Origin: Candidatus Omnitrophota bacterium
Lineage (GTDB): Bacteria > Omnitrophota > Gorgyraeia > Gygaellales > Profunditerraquicolaceae
Assembly: GCA_028715785.1 (NCBI GenBank)
Contig: JAQURC010000001.1
Coordinates: 76,766 to 140,765 of the forward strand
Direction of reading: 5' to 3'
Length of the DNA stretch: 64,000 nt
Below, in pieces: positions 63,219 through 64,000 of the stretch. Below the pieces are notes generated by a model. The model saw nothing but the letters and a program-made list of their open reading frames with translations, had not been told where the DNA came from and searched no databases. Within the stretch, counting starts at the first letter, position 1; every line of letters starts with the position of its first letter. Both the position numbers and the translations under genes were made by a program.

Positions 63219-64000
63219 ATGAAAAAAGAGATCGCGGTAATAATTTTAGCGGCAGGCAAAAGCACGCGGATGAAATCCGAGCTGCCTAAGGTGCTGCATC
63301 CGCTTTGCGGCAGGCCGATGCTCGGTTATGTTTTGGATCTAGTGGCCGGTTTAAAACCAAAACAGGTGGTCGCGGTTTTAGGGCATAAACATGAGCTGGT
63401 GCGTAAAATTATCCCTAAAGGGGCCAAAATAGCCATCCAGAAGAAACTTAGCGGAACAGCCGAGGCGGTCAAAGCCGGGCTGTCGGCTTTAAAAGGTTTT
63501 AAAGGCACGGTGCTTGTCCTTTACGGAGATAACCCTCTTCTGAAAAAGGAGACGCTGAAAAAACTCCTGGACTACCATTTAGAGAATAATGTCGATACCA
63601 CCTTATTGACCGCAAAACTCAAGAAGCCTTTTGGGTATGGCCGGATTATGCGCGATAAATATTCCAGCATCTGCGGCATCGTCGAAGAAAAAGACGCCGA
63701 TGAGGTGCAGCAAGATATCAAAGAGATCAATACCGGTATTATGGTTTTTAAAAAAGACAGCTTGGAAGGCAATTTAAAATATATCCGGCCGAATAACCGC
63801 AAAAAAGAATATTATTTAACCGACATCATCGAAATTTTAGCTAAAAATGATTATCTGGTTGACGGGGTCAAAGCCGAAGACGCTCAGGAAGTTTTGGGGA
63901 TCAATACCCGCGCTGAATTAGCCAAGGCAAATTCCCTTATGCAAAAAACCATCAATGATAAATTAATGCAGGACGGCGTGACTATTTTGGACCCCGCATC
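63219..64000 (+). CDS. glmU: Bifunctional GlcNAc-1-P uridyltransferase / GlcN-1-P acetyltransferase, N-terminal part (continues beyond the window)
   Basis: MKKEIAVIILAAGKSTRMKSELPKVLHPLCGRPML matches the GlmU N-terminus. Open to the window end, so absent from the ORF track. Confidence 0.8.
   Translation, partial: MKKEIAVIILAAGKSTRMKSELPKVLHPLCGRPMLGYVLDLVAGLKPKQVVAVLGHKHELVRKIIPKGAKIAIQKKLSGTAEAVKAGLSALKGFKGTVLVLYGDNPLLKKETLKKLLDYHLENNVDTTLLTAKLKKPFGYGRIMRDKYSSICGIVEEKDADEVQQDIKEINTGIMVFKKDSLEGNLKYIRPNNRKKEYYLTDIIEILAKNDYLVDGVKAEDAQEVLGINTRAELAKANSLMQKTINDKLMQDGVTILDPA

Overview
This is a gene-dense bacterial chromosomal segment (about 90% coding, moderate GC) from a probable anaerobe, judged from rubredoxin, a flavodiiron protein, Rnf and a ferredoxin-rich redox set. 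No rRNA, CRISPR or intact transposase is present.

Left to right:
- A ZIP metal transporter, then a ThiI/MnmA-like PP-loop ATPase overlapping an AmmeMemoRadiSam-type radical SAM enzyme.
- Tailoring enzymes: a HAD phosphatase, a class-III aminotransferase, a ureohydrolase-like protein and an alpha/beta hydrolase.
- An ArnB-like DegT aminotransferase placed divergent to a FemAB-like acyltransferase and an ArnE/ArnF-like pair of small EamA transporters.
- An Rrf2-regulated O2/ROS-defence and Fe-S block: ferredoxin, rubredoxin, FNR-like reductase, flavodiiron protein, glutaredoxin-like protein, TrxB, NifU-like protein, LarE-like PP-loop protein and IscS.
- birA, then an AT-rich insert of about 1 kb carrying a DinD/Bro-N-like gene and a Cys-rich orphan ORF, then a BirA-operator-controlled bioB-F-H-C-D-A operon.
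- Housekeeping genes: cspA, mnmA, nadA, rluA-like, uppP, a PfkB kinase, yqeY, an MFS transporter, a GH1 glycosidase and an NTE-like cNMP-binding patatin phospholipase.
- A MazG-like protein, a PC4-like protein, and an NSS transporter with a MetS-like microprotein.
- A 1.3-kb AT-rich islet flanked by 23-bp direct repeats of the tRNA-Phe 5' end, carrying a DUF1778/GNAT-toxin TA module.
- A second csp, tRNA-Thr, an MFS transporter, rnfC-G-D-E-A-B, purN, an FtsH-like protease, eno, ftsB and tRNA-fMet.
- A MshEN-PilZ plus PilZ pair, a GH94-like phosphorylase, hisG, bS22, a split transketolase, ispE, spoVG with a Zn-ribbon tail, tRNA-Gln, and the 5' part of glmU.

The most interesting non-coding signals are:
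- A structured roughly 60-nt intergenic repeat family (CACCCCGCGC...palindromic hairpins...RBS) present in three full copies and one short copy, fused to the stop codon of the upstream gene.
- A roughly 150-bp inverted-repeat-bounded element upstream of trxB, whose arm motif recurs at 25.9 kb.
- A duplicated terminator module.
- An in-frame TGA inside a lipoprotein signal peptide.
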